From Eledone cirrhosa (lineage: Eukaryota): a stretch of 64,000 nt of DNA. The stretch lies in contig OZ024740.1 of the NCBI GenBank assembly GCA_964016885.1, forward strand, positions 20,584,001-20,648,000, written 5' to 3'. This document shows, one piece after another, positions 63,826-64,000 of this stretch (position 1 is its first letter; each line of letters starts with the position of its first letter). A program made the position numbers and the translations under genes. The notes under the pieces are model-generated. The model did no database searches. It had not been told where the DNA came from and worked only from the letters and a program-made list of their open reading frames with translations.

Positions 63826-64000
63826 CCCTCTTCCTGCTATATCAAGCGTTAACCTAATATATCCCTTCCATATACTGTACTAATAGTGTTGTTATTTCTG
63901 TTTACCTTTTACATACATACATATATATTTATATATTATATAAAAAAGAAAATTTTCGCTTTATATGGCTGAATACAATAAATGTAATCTGAGTTTTTCG

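Noticed and set aside
59139-63968. Weak inverted similarity between 59139-59180 and 63931-63968 as terminal inverted repeats
   Set aside because: About 20 nt, gapped and AT-rich; not distinguishable from chance by eye.

Overview
Eukaryotic, probably invertebrate genomic DNA. The SINE-like fragments resemble cephalopod/octopus repeats; this is from memory and unverified. About 90% of the window is tandem repeat: a 62-bp satellite (1-45821; 739 full monomers plus 8 nt, with kb-scale higher-order duplications), a 118-bp unique spacer that may hold a 48-nt minus-strand micro-exon, and a GT-skewed 25-bp satellite (45940-57989). These are followed by a (CT)n tract, a 52-bp trimeric minisatellite and two decayed tRNA-SINE fragments. 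The last 5 kb holds a near-complete Penelope-like retroelement (PLE) inserted in a (TA)n microsatellite. It has an inverted pLTR and a direct pLTR forming a ~630-bp-arm hairpin, an RT + GIY-YIG ORF interrupted by one in-frame TAG, and a 3' pLTR. Each of the three pLTRs carries a minimal type I hammerhead-like motif with a non-canonical CCGAAGA core. A fourth, unrelated hammerhead motif with a canonical core lies just beyond the right (TA)n. All ORF-track entries within the satellites are artefacts.
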